Positions 62,128 through 64,000 of a DNA stretch of 64,000 nucleotides are shown in pieces (position 1 is the stretch's first letter; each line of letters starts with the position of its first letter). This DNA is from an uncultured delta proteobacterium (GTDB lineage Bacteria > Desulfobacterota > Binatia > HRBIN30 > BPIQ01). The position numbers were made by a program, and so were the translations under genes. Under the pieces are notes generated by a model. It worked only from the letters and a program-made list of their open reading frames with translations, did no database searches and was not told the DNA's origin. Location: assembly GCA_963761335.1 (NCBI GenBank), contig CAVXGR010000005.1, positions 352,001 through 416,000 on the forward strand, written 5' to 3'.

Positions 62128-63504
62128 TCAGGAGGGGCGGTGCAGCGCCGCAGCGATCGCCGCAGCCAGGCGCCGGCGGGCAGGGGCATCGAGGCCGGGG
62201 ATGTCGGCGCCGGAAAGGCTCGCCTCGATATCGGAACCGAGCTGCGCCGCGCCGGCGAGCGGGCGTGCCGCCGCCAGCTCGGCGACCAGGCGACCGCTGA
62301 GCTCGGCGACCACGCGGCGCAGCGACTCGAGGTCGGCGGCGGTCGCCACCGGCGGCGCGGCGCGCTGGATCTGCTTGGCGTCCTCGATCATTTCGGCGAA
62401 GAGGTCGGCGACGGCGCGCGGATCCAAGCCGGCGGCGCGCGCGGCGGTGCGGGTGTGCTCGAGCACGCGATTTTCCTGGGCGCGGTCCTCGATCGGCAGC
62501 TGGTGCAGGCGCTTGGCCGCGGCGATCCACGGCATCAGCCCGAGGCGCTGCTCGATGAGCGACACCAGCGCCTCGACGCGCCGTTGCGCCGGAGACAGGT
62601 CGCCGGTCGTCCCCAGGTGCAGCCGCCGCAGGCCATCGAGCCAGCCGTCCTCCTCGCGCGCCGCGAGCCAGCGATCGACGGCGTCGCGCAGCTGGCTGTC
62701 GCCGCGGCGCACCAGAATCGCCTTGCGAGCGCGCCCCAGCTCCGCGAGTGTCATCAGGCCTCCGGCAGCGAGGAAGTGCGGCGCCTCCATCGAGTCGGAG
62801 ACCACCGCGTCGACCTCGCCGCGCCGCAGCCGCAGGCCGAGCGAGGTGTTGTCGTCGATCGGGACGATCTGTGCGCGCCGAAAGGCGGCGCGGACGACGC
62901 TCTCCAGATAGCCGCCGCGGTTGACGCCGAGGCGCGCGCCGGCAGTGTCGAGATCGCGGCCGGCGGCGAAGCGGAGCCGATCGGTGGCGCGGATCAGGAT
63001 CAAGGTCCGGCTGACCGCGTAGGGGCGGCTGAACGAGCCGACGAGAAGGCGGTCCGGTCGAATGGTGATGCCGCTTGCGGCCAGCTCGAAGCTCCCGCCG
63101 GCAAGATCCGAGCGCAGATTCGGCCAGCGAAAGAGAACCAGATCCACGGGACGTCCGAGGTCTTGCCCCAGACGGCGGAGCAGATCGATGTCGAAGCCCT
63201 GCAGCTCACCGCCGGCGGCGGCGCTCGAGAACGGCGGGTAGTCGCCGCTCGTCCCGGCGCAAAGAGGTGATGCGGCCGCGCCGGCCGCGCTCCCGGGGAG
63301 CACGGTGCCGCTGCCTGCGGCCGGGGTTTTGTTCGCCGTATCCAGCGGCGGTGCCGGCGAGGCCGGCGCCGCAGTGAGCCCCGGCGCTGCGGAACAGAGG
63401 AGCGCCAGAAGTCCCAGGAAAGCGCCGCAGGCGGTGCGGCGCAGTCCCGCGGCCATCCCTTTCGCTCGCTGCTGGCGGTCTCTTGGCTCGGCGGCGCGGC
63501 CCAT
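62128..63504 (-). CDS. Exported cyclohexadienyl dehydratase-like (SBP family 3) domain fused to chorismate mutase
   Basis: Signal-like segment; GTSGDYPPFS, GFDID, SGITIRPDR, NRGG; then IEQRLGLMPWIAAAK...PIEDRAQE...IEDAKQIQ; start uncertain. Confidence 0.75.
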   Translation of the reverse strand: MGRAAEPRDRQQRAKGMAAGLRRTACGAFLGLLALLCSAAPGLTAAPASPAPPLDTANKTPAAGSGTVLPGSAAGAAASPLCAGTSGDYPPFSSAAAGGELQGFDIDLLRRLGQDLGRPVDLVLFRWPNLRSDLAGGSFELAASGITIRPDRLLVGSFSRPYAVSRTLILIRATDRLRFAAGRDLDTAGARLGVNRGGYLESVVRAAFRRAQIVPIDDNTSLGLRLRRGEVDAVVSDSMEAPHFLAAGGLMTLAELGRARKAILVRRGDSQLRDAVDRWLAAREEDGWLDGLRRLHLGTTGDLSPAQRRVEALVSLIEQRLGLMPWIAAAKRLHQLPIEDRAQENRVLEHTRTAARAAGLDPRAVADLFAEMIEDAKQIQRAAPPVATAADLESLRRVVAELSGRLVAELAAARPLAGAAQLGSDIEASLSGADIPGLDAPARRRLAAAIAAALHRPS

Positions 63505-63553
63505 GGAAAGGCCCCTTGACACGGGGCGGGGGCGCCAGGCAAGACCGAGGCGA

Positions 63554-64000
63554 ATGGCCTACCTGACACAGAAGGAATTCCACGAGCTGGTGCAGATGAT
63601 GGCGGCGGAGATGGGCCTGCAGCGGCTGCGCGACAAGCTCGTGCGCTTCAATGCTCTCGTCGGTCGCCGCGGCGTCAGCTCGGCCGACGTTCTCGCGAAC
63701 CAGCTCTACATGCTGACCTCCGGACTCCGCAAGCAGGTGCCGGCGAGCATTGCCGTGCACGGCGTGTGGGGCGAGATGCTCGGCGCCAAGCTCGGCGAGG
63801 ACAGCGAGAAGAGCTTCGAGGAGCTCGCCAAGGACGTCAACGCCTGCCTCGACGACTCGGAGAAGATCCTTCCCGACAAGAGCGCGGATCTCGAAGAGGC
63901 TCTCGGAGCCTACGCCCAGGCACTGTCGGCGAAGGTCGGGCGCGAGGCGGCATACTTGGACATGCTGCTGAAAGCCGTGCCGCCGGTTGCCGAGATGCTG
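63554..64000 (+). CDS. Hypothetical helical protein, 3' end outside window
   Basis: Manual translation MAYLTQKEFHELVQMMAAEMGLQRLRDKL..., open to the window end; GAGG RBS; TTGACA at 63516. Confidence 0.75.
   Translation, partial: MAYLTQKEFHELVQMMAAEMGLQRLRDKLVRFNALVGRRGVSSADVLANQLYMLTSGLRKQVPASIAVHGVWGEMLGAKLGEDSEKSFEELAKDVNACLDDSEKILPDKSADLEEALGAYAQALSAKVGREAAYLDMLLKAVPPVAEML

Overview
High-GC bacterial chromosomal window. The gene set and synteny (pgpA-cinA-thpR-recA-pilT-like, hpnK) suggest a Deltaproteobacteria/Binatia-like organism; this is inference. About 50 CDSs are supported: nadE, Lrp-gltBD, WS/DGAT, GH31, an orphan mreB paralog, a complete Rieske/cytochrome b + caa3 oxidase operon, a PEP-mutase-like phosphonolipid cluster beside hpnK, the recA region, a hybrid histidine kinase and an exported cyclohexadienyl dehydratase-chorismate mutase fusion. 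I saw no rRNA, tRNA, CRISPR array or transposase gene. The most striking signal is non-coding. A family of 268-460 bp cassettes with conserved ends sits at exactly the same position (CAG core) of a short palindromic repeat arm, GGGGACAG^GCTACTTTT, at five sites (seven cassettes in total). The cassettes stack head-to-tail through the CAG core, carry interchangeable cargo made of other REP-like hairpin families, and show a compensatory change in their subterminal inverted repeat. Several further repeat families also occur (GTAG-REP doublets and a BIME-like array, inverted octamer arrays, a small TIR element). All annotation is by eye from motifs; no database searches were run.
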